Assembly: GCF_008831285.2 (NCBI RefSeq)
Contig: NC_045138.2
Coordinates: forward strand, 13,826,001-13,890,000
DNA: 64,000 bases
Origin: Nymphaea colorata
Taxonomy: Eukaryota
Direction of reading: 5' to 3'
A program made the translations under genes and the position numbers. This document shows, piece after piece, positions 51,313 through 64,000 of this stretch. How positions within the stretch are numbered: position 1 is the stretch's first letter; each line of letters begins with the position of its first letter. The notes below the pieces were generated by a model. That model searched no databases. It was not told the DNA's origin and saw only the letters and a program-made list of their open reading frames with translations.

Positions 51313-54300
51313 TATGCTTTGCTGTTTGGGTGCTTATGTTGGTGTAAAGTTTTGCAATTGTATCGTTTCTTTTCGAGCAATTCACTTTGAGGATGTGAAA
51401 TCTGTCGTTTTAATGGAAGGAAAGGATATAGCTATACCCCCAGTTCCCTGCCCGCCGTGAATAAGATGTTTCTGTGATGTGATGGGAAGCAGGCAGTGCC
51501 CTCTGTATCTAGAAAACACATTTTGTACAAAAAATGGTTGCCCTCACCATACCATCGGTACTATATCTTGGCTTCAGCTTTTGTTGTATAATTTCTGACG
51601 GTGTCCCAATGCTGAATTGATACTTTGTAGCTCTGACATGCCTTTCCTTCTTGCACTTCCTCTTTTCCCATATAATAAATGTATATTTTGTTTCCCATGT
51701 ATTTATCTATATCTGTTGTTGAAGACGTGGAACGGGGCATTAGCATGATATGGTCAGTTTCCATTTTCACAAAATAATTAGTAGTTGATAACTGCATCCA
51801 GATGCCAAAACTTAATTATAGTATTTTGTCTAAACTTGACTCTGCATATGAAGAAACTTTGAACCGAATTAAAATTCAAAAAGAACTGGAGCGCACCATT
51901 CAGGGCTTCAGGTTATGGACCTTGGGGTAAAGAAAAAAAAAACTAGTGAATATTATTCAGTATGCCTTCTTTTCTGGCTGAAAGGAGGATGTTTGCACGT
52001 AGAATGCAAATGTTTCTTTCCTTTAATCCTTGCAATACATGGTTACTAGAAATATTGGGCTCCACAAACTGTGTACTTCAAAGGAATTCTGTTATTTTAT
52101 TTTTGTTTCATATGTTGGACTAAGAATCGAATCGTGTCCTCAATCCTATGCTTATTTTTTTGTTCCCGTGATTTTTTTTCCCTCACTATTTGCAACATGG
52201 AAGACCAGAACATAGCTATTCGAGTGTCATTTGCAGTGCTGCGCTTGATGCTGTTTTTTGTCATTCCATTTGTCGTGCTGACTTGTCATTATTCTACTAG
52301 AAAAAAGTTTAAATACTTCAGACACTACACCTACCGTTCCTCCTTTGGTATCCTTGTGCAACCAAATCTCGTGCATTGTTTTTGATGTAAATTTTGTCAT
52401 CCAAGTGATGATCCTGTGCCATTTATTTTCCCATCTATTTTGTGTTATCCTTTTTGTTTACCGCTTGACGGATTTAATAAACATGCTTTTTTTATTTCTT
52501 AATAATAATTATTGTTTCATGGATACTGAAGCCTGAAGAATCTTTTACATTATTTCACCAAACTGTACAGCTGTCACTTTGATGGTTTTACCATCCCTTG
52601 CAGCCTTGGATTTGAATACCATCCAGTGTGGCTTAAGGGTGATGGTTGTAAGTCCTTTTCCATCCCTACAGTAATAAGTAATATATAATTTATTTAGTAG
52701 ACCACCTATGAATTATGTCTGTTGCTTGGTTGCGAGTTTCAACATCGCGTTGATGTTGTAGGTGATGTGTGAGAGTTGTTTAAACCATTTCTTTTTGTTC
52801 AAAACTTCAAAGTTAATGTTCTATACATTTTATCTTGGTGATTTCTCTGTTTTTATTCTCTTAGAGCGACGGGAATTATTGCCTCTGCTACCACTGGTAA
52901 TCTGGATGACATAATTCAGCCATTTGACATGATTTAAGAGCGTATCTGAATTATGGTCGTTCTAATAGTTTGTTGGGAGTTGTTCGTTTTATCAAATTTG
53001 CTCTTTACAACAGTAGGGTACTTCGGTTTTTCATACTGTTGCTTTTTTCATCGTAGTTGTATAACTATGCTCTGGTGTGGGCGTGAACTTCAATTACTGT
53101 AGTCTTCATTAATTACAAAATTTAATTACATATTATTTTCGTAACAGCGCATATACGTTGAGCTATAATGATTAAAGTATGCTTCATAAGAGAAACACTT
53201 GCAAAAACTTTTGGAGCAGGATTTCTGAATAGTTGTTGCTGATAAAGACAAATATTATTGGCATTTAGATAGGTTGCTTGTCAGGCTCTTCCCATTTAGC
53301 AGGTTCTCCACTCTTTCAAATGAACAACTATCTTGTTTTTCTTTGATTGCCCGGGTCGAAAACTTTCATCACCTACCGTGCGTTGACATTTGACAGGGCA
53401 TTGTTTAATAAACAGTGATATTTTCATCTACCTGAAGATATTGCAAAGCTTTTACCTCGTCGGAAGGGGAGCAGCTTCTGTTACTTGTCTTTGGGATCTT
53501 AAATTTGGTGGGAACCATGAATTCATGGTTGATGAACATCGGTGTCCATGTGAACATTCGTTGGTGGCTATGTTTTGGCTGTTTCTCTAGTAGGTCAAAC
53601 TTGAGGCTGTTTCTATGGGGGGACCTTCAGGTCGGTCTTTTTATGAAATCGGTGCTGTAGAAGAAAAATAAGGTTAGTCACGGCGTTGCAGGAGTCTCCA
53701 CTTTAAAAACTGTGATTTTCAGATTTAAGTCTTGACAGCTTCTGGCCGTGTTTATACCTAGTACAGGTCTGGCATTTAATGAAAAAAGAGTAATCAAGTG
53801 TATGGCCAGATGGAAACGTAGGTTGGAATGATATTGCAACACAACAATCTGTTGTTCCAAATGCCAGATATATAACCCATTTTAACACCAGTGTAGAAAA
53901 GAAGTTTGAGCGTGTAAATGTTGAGCACTCATTTTCAGCTGTATACGTTGAAGCTGTGTTTTGGTACGTAGAGCAAACGTAGCGATAGATCATGTTTCTG
54001 GTAACCAAAATATCTTGTGAAAAGAGACTTCGATGCCAAAATTTTAGTCGAGTTGACCGTACTTTCACGTATCATCTCCTGTTTATGTTTTAATGGATGC
54101 AACATTGAAGCACACATATGCTAGGATATCTGTATGGACGAATTCTGGTATTTAGGCCTCAGTATAATAAATAAACTGTATCAAGCGTGTTGGCGTATCT
54201 GAGAAGTGAATGCTAACAAAATCACGTGTCATGATGTCGCTGCGTATGAGAAAATAATAATAAAAATTGCGAAACGATGTCGAGCTGAAGAGACCCTAGT

Positions 54301-56583
54301 AAGTTTCCTTTTTGTCGCGTTATCATAAGGGTTGGTAAATGGTATACCGAAAAGTACCAAAAGTATCATGATGTCAGAAATAGCGAGTCCACTGGACTTA
54401 TGCTGAAGTGTGCAGGGGCCGATTTAAAACGTCCAACAATTTCCGCCCTATGACGGTCGCCGAGACCAACACGAGAAATGTTCGATTACTGGAGAATATG
54501 AACAGTGATATCTATCTCATTTTATGCTGCTTTCTGCCATCCCATGCTTCCACTGCATGATCATTTATGATGCTCAAGCAACAAGACAACGCTATTGCTC
54601 GAACCATAGTTTTTTATTATGTTAAAAATAAATGATGATTTTTGTGTTCCCATCTTTACTCTAATGATTTGTTTATTCTTCTATGTTTTGGATTTTGCCG
54701 TCCATTGAAATATGGGCCACAAATCGGGTTGTTCCGAGAATCCCTTACCTATGAACACGCAACTTTGCTGTCTGTGCCATTGCACGTCAGAGCCAAGATT
54801 CTTTTTTTCAGGAGCAGGCCAAACGGTCCAACGAACTGTAATATATATATATACTCACATATAGTATTTGCAAACTACATTGTAGTAGAAATGAACATAT
54901 GTCGTATATAATTGTTTACGTCATGAATGTAAAACGCGACATCTCCTACGACACATTTTAATAATTTCTTGTGTTATTAACAGAAAATGATAATGTGCTT
55001 TATTTCTATTACAATGAAATCTCTAATGATTGATAAACATAGCTAAAGTTCAATAGCATAAGGAAAAATCAATAAACTACTAATCTTTTATGTAAAAATG
55101 ATAAATCAACTGAAGTTACCATAACACCCCCACAATTTATACATCATAAACAATTAACCGTAACTCTGATTTGTGCCATTATTTCACAAGTTAAAATACA
55201 GACGTGAGTTTGTTCTCTCAAAAAGTAGCCATTAATCATGAATCTAGAACTTAGAGCAGCCGTCAGTTTGTTCTCTCCAAACCTGACGCCAATAAGACCA
55301 GTCTATTCAAATAATGCTCAAGTTGTTCAAACTTTATACTGTTGTTTAAAAAGTATAAGATGAAAATAGACAAAATGACGATCGAACAGCCTTTTCCAGA
55401 CCTGCTAGACCTTTCCTGAATCGAATCTCGAGTGCGATTAAGAGTTAAGAGTTCACATTGACGACCAAGAAAGAAAAGAAGTACTAAAATTCTTAAAAAA
55501 GAAAAAGAACTTCATGGTGAGGAAATTTTTTTGGGGCAAACTGCAAAAAAACAATATAACAAGCAAAATTGAAGCACATATGTGAATCTGCTACCTGTCG
55601 ATCAACCAAGATCGAGAGCCCGCTGCAGAGAGTTCTCTCTGACTCTCCTCTTCCCTTCCACGTCTCTAACCTCATTCTTGCAGGTTGCAGCCCTGCTCAG
55701 CTGCTCTCTCGTGCTCCCCTTTTCACTCTTTCATTCTCTATCAGTCTATCTCCCTCTCTTTGTCTATCCTTCTCTTCCTCGCACTTTCTTCCTTCATGCA
55801 TTTTCCACCTTCCAACCAGTTTTCAAAACAGGGATTTAAAAATAAGACAACCAAAAGGGCTGATTTTTATGGTAAAACCAAACTGAACTCGAATCCAAAC
55901 AATACATGAACACAACTAAAAATTTACAAATTTTTTCAATCATGTCCCCGATGAAGGTCATCATTTCAATTGAGATAATGAAAAATCATTTCATCTGTGC
56001 TTTCAAATACTCAAAGTCGAGCAGGTTGGCGAATCATACTTATTAATACACTTGACATGAAAATCAAAGGAAAATCTAATTGTTCCATCATGCGTCACGA
56101 AGCTGTTTTGACCACCAACCGATCAAGATCAATCGTATTTTCTTCTAAATTAAAGAACAAATAATTGAAGACGGGAACCCCAAGCTCTACAAGCTAACAT
56201 CTGATTATTAATGAATAGACCTTCCAACCATTTGATGTGAAACCGTGTGATGGCTCTCCAAATGTGACCGAACTGTCACAAAACCAATCCATATAATTTA
56301 CAATTTCAGTAAAACCTAATAATAAAGAAAAATAGCACCACTAGAAGGCCAAATTTACATTTCTTTTGCCCCGACAAAAACTTTTGCTAACCCCCAATTT
56401 AGGATCAGAACATGCGGGGAAATACATAATTTTAGGGTTACGATATTGATGCCCACAAAAAGAATTGCTAGGAACAAAGATAAAATCTACAACCCTGCCA
56501 AGATTGCCCACTAAAACAGGCACCCCAGGCATGTTAGCGACGTGGGGTGGATTTACAGATGATGCAGAATATGTTACTAAAGG

Positions 56584-59500
56584 TCACGTGAAGAGCTCCG
56601 TAAAGGACCACATGATAAATTTTGCAAAAACATCCGTCTCCAGAAACTCAATGTGTGCAGCACGGCCAATTATTGTATTCAAAGATCTGCCCTGAGTAGA
56701 AGTATCAAAGTTAACATCGCAACGCATGAATGTGCGCGGCTCTATGGAGGGTGCATTGATCTGATCCAAGCAAGAATTTAACATTTCTGAAAAAATTGAT
56801 CCTCTTTTTGAGTCAGAGGTCGCTGCCTGACAGAACTCAATCCGAGCTGAATGATATGGAACATAGCCATCCTGAGAACATAGTCAAAATGTCTTAGTTA
56901 CCAATACAAATAGTTAACAAGGCAATAACCGAGAGGAAAGAATATACCTGTGGTGAGGACAGCAGGATTATGTTCTTGAAATTCTCTAATGTCTTCTGCT
57001 GCAATAGACAAATATGTTTTGTTAGAAATGGTTTCCCTACTGGAAAAGATCAAAGGTAGGACAGGCTATCAGCAACCAAATTGATCCTGCAAACTTAATC
57101 TCAAAACTAATTCATCTTTTGCTTATCCATAATAACATTTTCATCACAATGCCGGTGGATGATGAATAACTTCATCGACAAAGAAGGAACTAAAATACTT
57201 CATTTTTATACCCAACAGGTTAGCATAGTGGGATCGGGCCATGGCTGTCAAGTGGACAGTTGTGGTTTGACACTCATGGGCATCAGTTCCTTATGCAAGG
57301 AAGAAAGTTGTAGCTCCTGAGGTTAGGGGGGGCGCTTGCTAGTCTCCAAAATGTTTAGGTCTGGATTTTTTTTTTTTTTTTGAAAAAGGAAAACTAATAC
57401 TGCTCCTGTTTTGGGTATGGAACACCATCAAACTTAACAGAACCTACTTTGTGCGAACCAATTGGCAACCCATCATTTCTCTGAAGATTAGAAGATTCAT
57501 GTTTTCCATGTAATGATGGATCCTCACCTAATACAAATATGAAATATTGGAGGTTTTTTCTCTAGATCCATTCTTTCTTATGTGTTACCTGTACTAACGA
57601 CTAACAGTCAGGAGGACTCTTATTAGTAATAAAGCAAGATATAAGAATAAAATTAGGGATAATCAAAGTAGCCTCCTTGTTAATATCAAATGCTACAACC
57701 CAACAAAGATATGAGAACAAATATGCAACAGTATGCATCTCCAAGCGTTGCATTATTAATATGGTCAATCATTGGAATCCTCAGAAGTCAGATCAACAGT
57801 AGTTTGTGAAGCCAAGTTAAACCAGAGGACACCTGATTTAAGTAATTAACCCATAAAATTCTAGCTTCAAGAAACAACAATCTGTGTCTGATAAATAATA
57901 TATACCTTACAAAGCTTGTAGAGAAACGTATTGTGCATATCAGCATCATCACTAAAAGTAAGCTGGTGGATGCAATGAGCTCCTTTGAGCTTCTTGAGAA
58001 GCCATAGTCCAGAGTTGAACAAAGTGTTTGAGCTGTATAAATATCCAAGGTGGGGACCAGAAATTGACATGTAAGTGTGTAGGTATTTTAGATATGGCTC
58101 CATTACCGGCTCTGTATAACCACAAAATTTCCAAATTGTCAAATTCTTACACACCCCAAGACCAATGAAGTGTGGCCATATGAAATGCAACATTCAATAA
58201 GGAAAGAACATGACCAAGAATATCTGAGGTTTGAGGTTTCTATATTAGAGAGATCTGAGGTTTCTATGCCTTTCACGTATGCAACATGACAATAAGTTAA
58301 AATTTAGTGGAAAGTAATTCCTGATCAAATAAGATTGCACATACACAGTGACTGCAGCTTTTGAAATTAGCAATTGTACCAAGTTCTGAATACCAACAAT
58401 AGCACAAACGTTAAAACATCCTTATACACAAAGTGGAGAACCACCAATTTAAAGGCCCAGATGATTTTTCCTATAAGCTTCTATCTGGCAGAGGAAGGCA
58501 AATTAGAAATTTCAAAAAATAGGATCAACAAGAAACATCTGCTAGCACAAAAGCTTGAACATTCAGGAAAGAAGCATCGTCTCTAAATCTTGGGAATCAA
58601 TTCTGACATCCCATGTCTTGGCAAGGAGAAGGGTTAACGGGATGGTGCAATTGAGCAGGTGAAGAAAACAGTGACCACCATATATAAACAAGAACAAAAA
58701 CTCAAACCTGTTATGGCACTTCTAAGAATGAGGTTTCCTATGGAATGCCCAACAAAGCTCAGCTTGACACATTTGTATGTTCCAGATCTTGCTTCCATTT
58801 TCTTCTTCAGGAAACGAGCCACTTCTTCTGCCAGCCTTTCACCCATTTCCCTGAAGTCTCCCGTTGTTCTATCCTCATTCACCTCTGACATGAGACATTC
58901 TGCTCCAGGATCTATCAACAGCCATTGGTTCCGAACAAGCCGTAAATCCAGATGATGCCCCTACTTATCAGTAACTTGAGTAAGAAAGAGTACCAACTGA
59001 TTTGATTTGTGCAACCATGTAAATAACATAACTCAAGCAAGCCAAATATTGTACAAGTTCACAAATAAATTGGATTAACTCATGGTGAGAGTATAGTTCA
59101 AGCGAAGGTGCAAACTTCCAATTTTCATATGATCAAGCTGCATCAGTTCGGAGGCATATGAAAGGAGCACCAAACTGACTGCTGCAGGATGCATATAAGA
59201 ACTTGGAATAACTTACTAGAATTTGTGATTGAACCTCTTCTGCACTATATATCAGGCTGACACACTTGATTTAGTGACCGAATTTCAAAAAATCACTGGT
59301 TTCCAATACCTGATTAATCTTTTGTTTAACTTTTACATTGGGTCCGATGTTCTCTTGCTCTTAGCAACATTTCCAAGTTTCCACCACTCGTTTCTAAATT
59401 ACAATTCAGAAATTGTGGGCTATGTTGCATAGACACGGACATGAGTGCCAATTGCCAAGTATCCAACACTTTACATGAATGTCAGACATGGTAAAAATGT

Positions 59501-62500
59501 AGACATATGTACATACATGTGTGTGTGTGTGTGTGTGTGTGTATATAGACACACATAATCTAACTGAAAGGAAGTGAAGGAGGGGCAGCACCTCAAAGGA
59601 AATAAAGAATTTGATAAAGAATAAAATAATATCCTTTTTGTTCAAAAAAAAAAAAGAAAAAAAGAAAGGGGAACAATAACTTAGAAGCAGTCAAGGTGTG
59701 TTGTCGTCACATCAGTGTCTAAAGAAGGCATAGGCATTTCTTTGTTATAGAAGTATCCAAGTAATTAGATAATATGTGCATGTTTCCAGTATAGAATTGC
59801 AAAGAAAAGCACAAGTCAGTATAGGACACAGCAATGAAATAGAGAAAGAAATAAGAGCATGCATAAAGAAGAAGAATATCAGCAATGCCAATATAAATAC
59901 CTGAAATCCATGTACAAAGACCACGAATGACAATTGACGACCGTTTCTTCTTCGTCCAGTACCAACTGACTTCCATACATGCTTAGAAACTGGTCTGGCA
60001 TGTGAATCAGAATTATCTTTCAACTCGGCATTGTTGATCAACAAACTTCCAGTAACTCCCTTATCCAAACTTTTGATTTTGTGTTGCTCTACAGCAATAA
60101 CTGGAACATGAGAAGGATCGCCAAAAATGTACATGTCTTGAATCGAGCGATTGTTGATCTGCACAAGATCCTTATACTTTCAAACTGTAATATCCACTTC
60201 ACTATTAAATGAACCTTAATTAATCAGCGACGCCATTGAAGTTTTCTGCACATAATGAAATAAGATACCTTCATTTGTGCGATAGTCCGTCTGTGTAGCT
60301 CAGCACGAGAGATAACATTTTGCAACGGCTGAACCCGAAGAATGAGAAAACAGAAAAGGAAAGAAAGAAAATCAAATTCATCCTTTGTTACTGACAGTTC
60401 CATGAGCAACTCATAAGTTAGACCTACAGGTGATCTACAACTCCCAAAGTAATTACCCACATAAATTAAGAAGTTCAACTGTGACATACATCATCACCCG
60501 CCTTCCGTAGGACATTAACTTTTCCAAGCACTGCATAATGAGATGCTTCAACCCCATTTTTAATCTTGTGACTAGGGGTTTCTACTGTGGAATTGATCAT
60601 CCATATTGACCATTCAGCCCTCCTATCATTGCTCCATACTTCACGAAGATATTCAACAATCTTTGCTCTGTTCATTCTGAATATTAGAGCATAAACCATT
60701 TGATTAGAACAATATGTTGTCCAGATCAAAACAAGTGACCTAATTGCTTAACCTAAATCTGCAATTGCTGCAAAACAGCAAAAACAGTCACCCAAAGATG
60801 ATGAACGTTTACAAATTTAGAACCACTTTAATACTTAAGCGTGTAACAACCAAACGAGGGAAAAATGAAAGACAGACTTCATGAAAGACACTATAGCAAA
60901 ATAAAATATTGGCAGAAATATCAATCTACTTTTTATTATTTCTAATTGCTCATTAAAGAAAGCAACATAAACTGAAACAGAAAGGAAGAGCTTTTTAATT
61001 TCCCAACATACCTAAGATACATGCTATTACACCTATTGTAAAAACTAAATATATGGTGTTATTACCAACAACAAGTTTATTTACAAAAGTCGTCTTACAC
61101 ACAGTGGGAAAGATGCTAATGCAAGCTATCAACAAAGTAACCTAATTGATGTCACAAGCTAAGAGAATCCAGAAAGGTTACAAACTGCATCACTATGGCA
61201 AAAGGAACAACGAATTAGCAGGAAGTAAAATCTGCTATACTGTTTGTTATGTTGCCACATTTTATTTGCAATAACTTAATGGTATAAGCAGAAAGCATGA
61301 ATTAATGCTATGACATGTACAAAACCTTTGTCAAGGGATTCTATCATGAGACTGAATATAAGCTGCTATAATCATGACGAACAAATGGAGTAAGAATCAT
61401 ACCTGTGGAACTTCAGAAATGCATTCCATATCAAAGAAAGTTGGTACCCCAGGCAATGAAATGCATCCAGAAGTTCTTCACTGGACAGTGATTTCATTAC
61501 AACTGCATTAGCACCAAGATCGTTCCTCCCACTTACATTCTGGATAATGTGAAGCAATCAATCTGAATTATGGGCTGAAAAGCAGACAGACAAAGATGCA
61601 GACTTCCAAATTAATCAAGTACCTGAAGAGAATTAGATTCATTTTCATCCTGTCTACCCTCATTCCTTTCTTTCATACTCCCAGAATCCAGGGTGTTTGA
61701 ATGCCGTTGCGAAGGATATGAAATCATCTGATTCCAACTCATACCGGATGGAACATCCACCAAATCATCAATTGCATAGTCAAATATTTTGCTGAGCTTC
61801 TCTAGTTCTTCAAGAAGTATGTTACGTGAATCATACAATGCCTTCACACATTTGAGTTCTGTTCTGCCAAGTGATAGTCCTCCTCCTGAAGCCTAAGCAT
61901 TTAAATGAAACATTAACGGTGTAAAAAGTTCTAAGAAACCCACTAAATATGACACTGAAGAAAAGAGTTTCATGAGAAGCCAAAGAAAAGCAAAATTCTT
62001 CTTATTTCATTAGGCCATTTTAACATGTTGAACATCAAAGTGGGTAGGATGTGATGGTGAAGGCCGTCCCCAAACATGAAGTAACCATCTTGAAGGCCGT
62101 CCCCAAATATGAAGTAACTACAGAAAAAGTTCCATTAATTGTCATGGTAATAGCAAATAATTATTTCACTTTTGATGCCTATTTTCCCAAATGAAAGAAA
62201 CACCAATTTTAATCATTTCATTAAAACTTTGTTACTATTTCACAAAATTGCAATTCCATGTTCAACATCATGGAAAATTATTAATAATTTCTTCCATATT
62301 TAAAAGAACCAAAAATTCTCTTTTATGGAAGCAGTGAGTTTCAAAGGAATCAGATGAGTAAGCAAATTCAGCTTATATTTAGAAAAATAAAGATGATTCC
62401 AAAACATCATGAAGGAACAAGTTTGGCAAGTTCCATGCACTCCATGTGGAACAAAGACTAGTGGAAGTGTGACAAATACACATCCATTCCACAGGTTCCC

Positions 62501-63521
62501 ACAGAAAATACAAGATACCAACAACAATGAGCAGTTAGTTGGCACAGAAACAAGCAACAAGCTTTAAAAACAAGACACATTGAGCTTGCCTGATAATGTT
62601 CACCATACTCTGCAACAGCAAAGATTTCATTTATCTGATGATCACTGTAAAATGATGAACATGTCAACAACATTATGCAAAGAATTAGGAAATGCCACCG
62701 ATCCATGGTGAAAAAGATTGAAACATGTACGATGAGACAATGGCCAACCTGATCAGCTTCTGCGGAGTCACAGAAGTTCCAGCTTTCAGAAGGACTGTAT
62801 GCATACTCATATCTACAAGGACTGCGTGAAACGCATCAAAGTGAAGAGGGCAGTATGAGTGCAAGCCTAGAAGTGCTTTTGGAGGAACACGAAGTTCATG
62901 AACTGCAGCAGTTGAAGAATCCAGAGAAGCCTGCAGTTCAGAACTGAGAAACAAATGCTTTACTACAGCAGGTAACACATTCTCAACCAAGGATAGGTCC
63001 TTGTATGTATCACAACAGAAAAAAATTAAATAAAGCACAAAACTGCCCTAGAAAATTAAACAACATATGGTCTTTGAACTAGCAATTCAAAGTCTCAAAT
63101 GACTATAGATGAACATCAGCTTACATGTCTTCACTTATTGGAGCATAATGAAGCTCAAATTTCAGTATTACCGCAGAAGCCGATGAACTCTGAAAATTTA
63201 ATGACATCAGAAATCATATTGAGAAAGCGTGTCAAGATTGACAAATGGAAAAGAAATAGATGATCATAAGTTTGAACTTTACATGATACAAAGTTCTACG
63301 AGAACTTGAGAATAAACATTGAAGCAGAAGGCCAACTAACTATAGAGTATAGAGTCATAGACTTACCTCATCCAGATCTAGAGCTAAATTAAAGGATATC
63401 ATCACAGAAAGATGCACATCCTGCCTTGCATATTTGATTCGGAAAGGCTGAGTCGAAAAACTGTGATCTATGTCACTTATTCTCCAAATGGTATAGATAT
63501 CATCACTACCTAAATCTGGCG
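56584..63521 (-). CDS. FAM135-like / DUF676 putative serine esterase (5' exons probably lie beyond the window)
   Basis: Exons 63521-63367, 63189-63125, 62943-62749, 62644-62590, 61892-61623, 61539-61403, 60676-60490, 60328-60269, 60158-59901, 58960-58708, 58111-57906, 56998-56948, 56871-56584. Motifs VFVHGFQGHHLDLRLVRNQW, SFVGHSIGN (GxSxG), SGPHLGY, SPQDGYVPYHSARIE, IGRAAHIEFLE. Confidence 0.92.
62058..62118. repeat. Short tandem duplication (33-bp period) in a FAM135-like intron
   Basis: tgaaggccgtccccaaa(c/t)atgaagtaac occurs twice. Confidence 0.9.
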
Positions 63522-64000
63522 CTGCATAAGCACCCATAAAGTGTCAAACGTCATTCTTCATTCCAAAAAACATGATTTGCTTCACAAGGCACTCAGGCAA
63601 TGTTAATATGCACAATGCAGTAAATGATATTTCATGCATATCTGTATAGTCAAAGGTGCTACATGCAGTAAGAAAGCCTAGGCAGGGATCTAGATGGGCA
63701 CCTATAGAAAGTCTAGTCAGCGCTAGTTACCACAAAGGAAAAAAGGAGAAAAGAAAAAAGAAAAAAACAGAAAGGTCGAATAAATAAGAAATAAAGGAGA
63801 AGAAACAAATGGGAAAATAAAAAGAAGAAAGAAGTGATGAGATACGGGTTCTGAAACTTCTCCACCCCAACCAAGCACCATAAGATTTGAAGACATAAGA
63901 AGACTTCAAAGTTTAGAAGTTGACAAAAGAGAAAATCTGGCCATCTATGTACTTATGTTTCTCTTAACCCGCCTAGGCTCGCTTTTTGAATACAAACCTA

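Noticed and set aside
1..64000. CRISPR arrays, rRNA, intact tRNA genes, prokaryotic operons or intact LTR/transposase genes
   Set aside because: None seen; the sequence is plant nuclear DNA with spliceosomal introns, and no regularly spaced repeats or long TE ORFs are present.

Overview
Eukaryotic, intron-rich flowering-plant genomic DNA; the species cannot be fixed from sequence alone. All gene models were built by hand from splice sites and reading frames. The first 26 kb is a tandem lipid-enzyme array: the last exon of one fatty acyl-CoA reductase (FAR, +), a complete 10-exon CER4/FAR3-type FAR (+), two near-identical GDSL esterase/lipases (+), a GDSL pseudogene with four frameshifts (-), two small GDSL exon relics (-) and an intact GDSL with a poly-His tract (-). 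Further on are an Enhancer-of-polycomb-like gene (-, 12 coding exons), a frameshifted CYP76-family P450 pseudogene (-), a ROH1/DUF793 gene with an intronless CDS (+) and the 3' part of a FAM135/DUF676 lipase-like gene (-) that runs off the right edge. The most interesting hypothesis is that the FAR+GDSL array, possibly once with the CYP76, is a fatty-alcohol/ester biosynthetic gene cluster undergoing gene birth and death. That is inference and needs co-expression and synteny tests.
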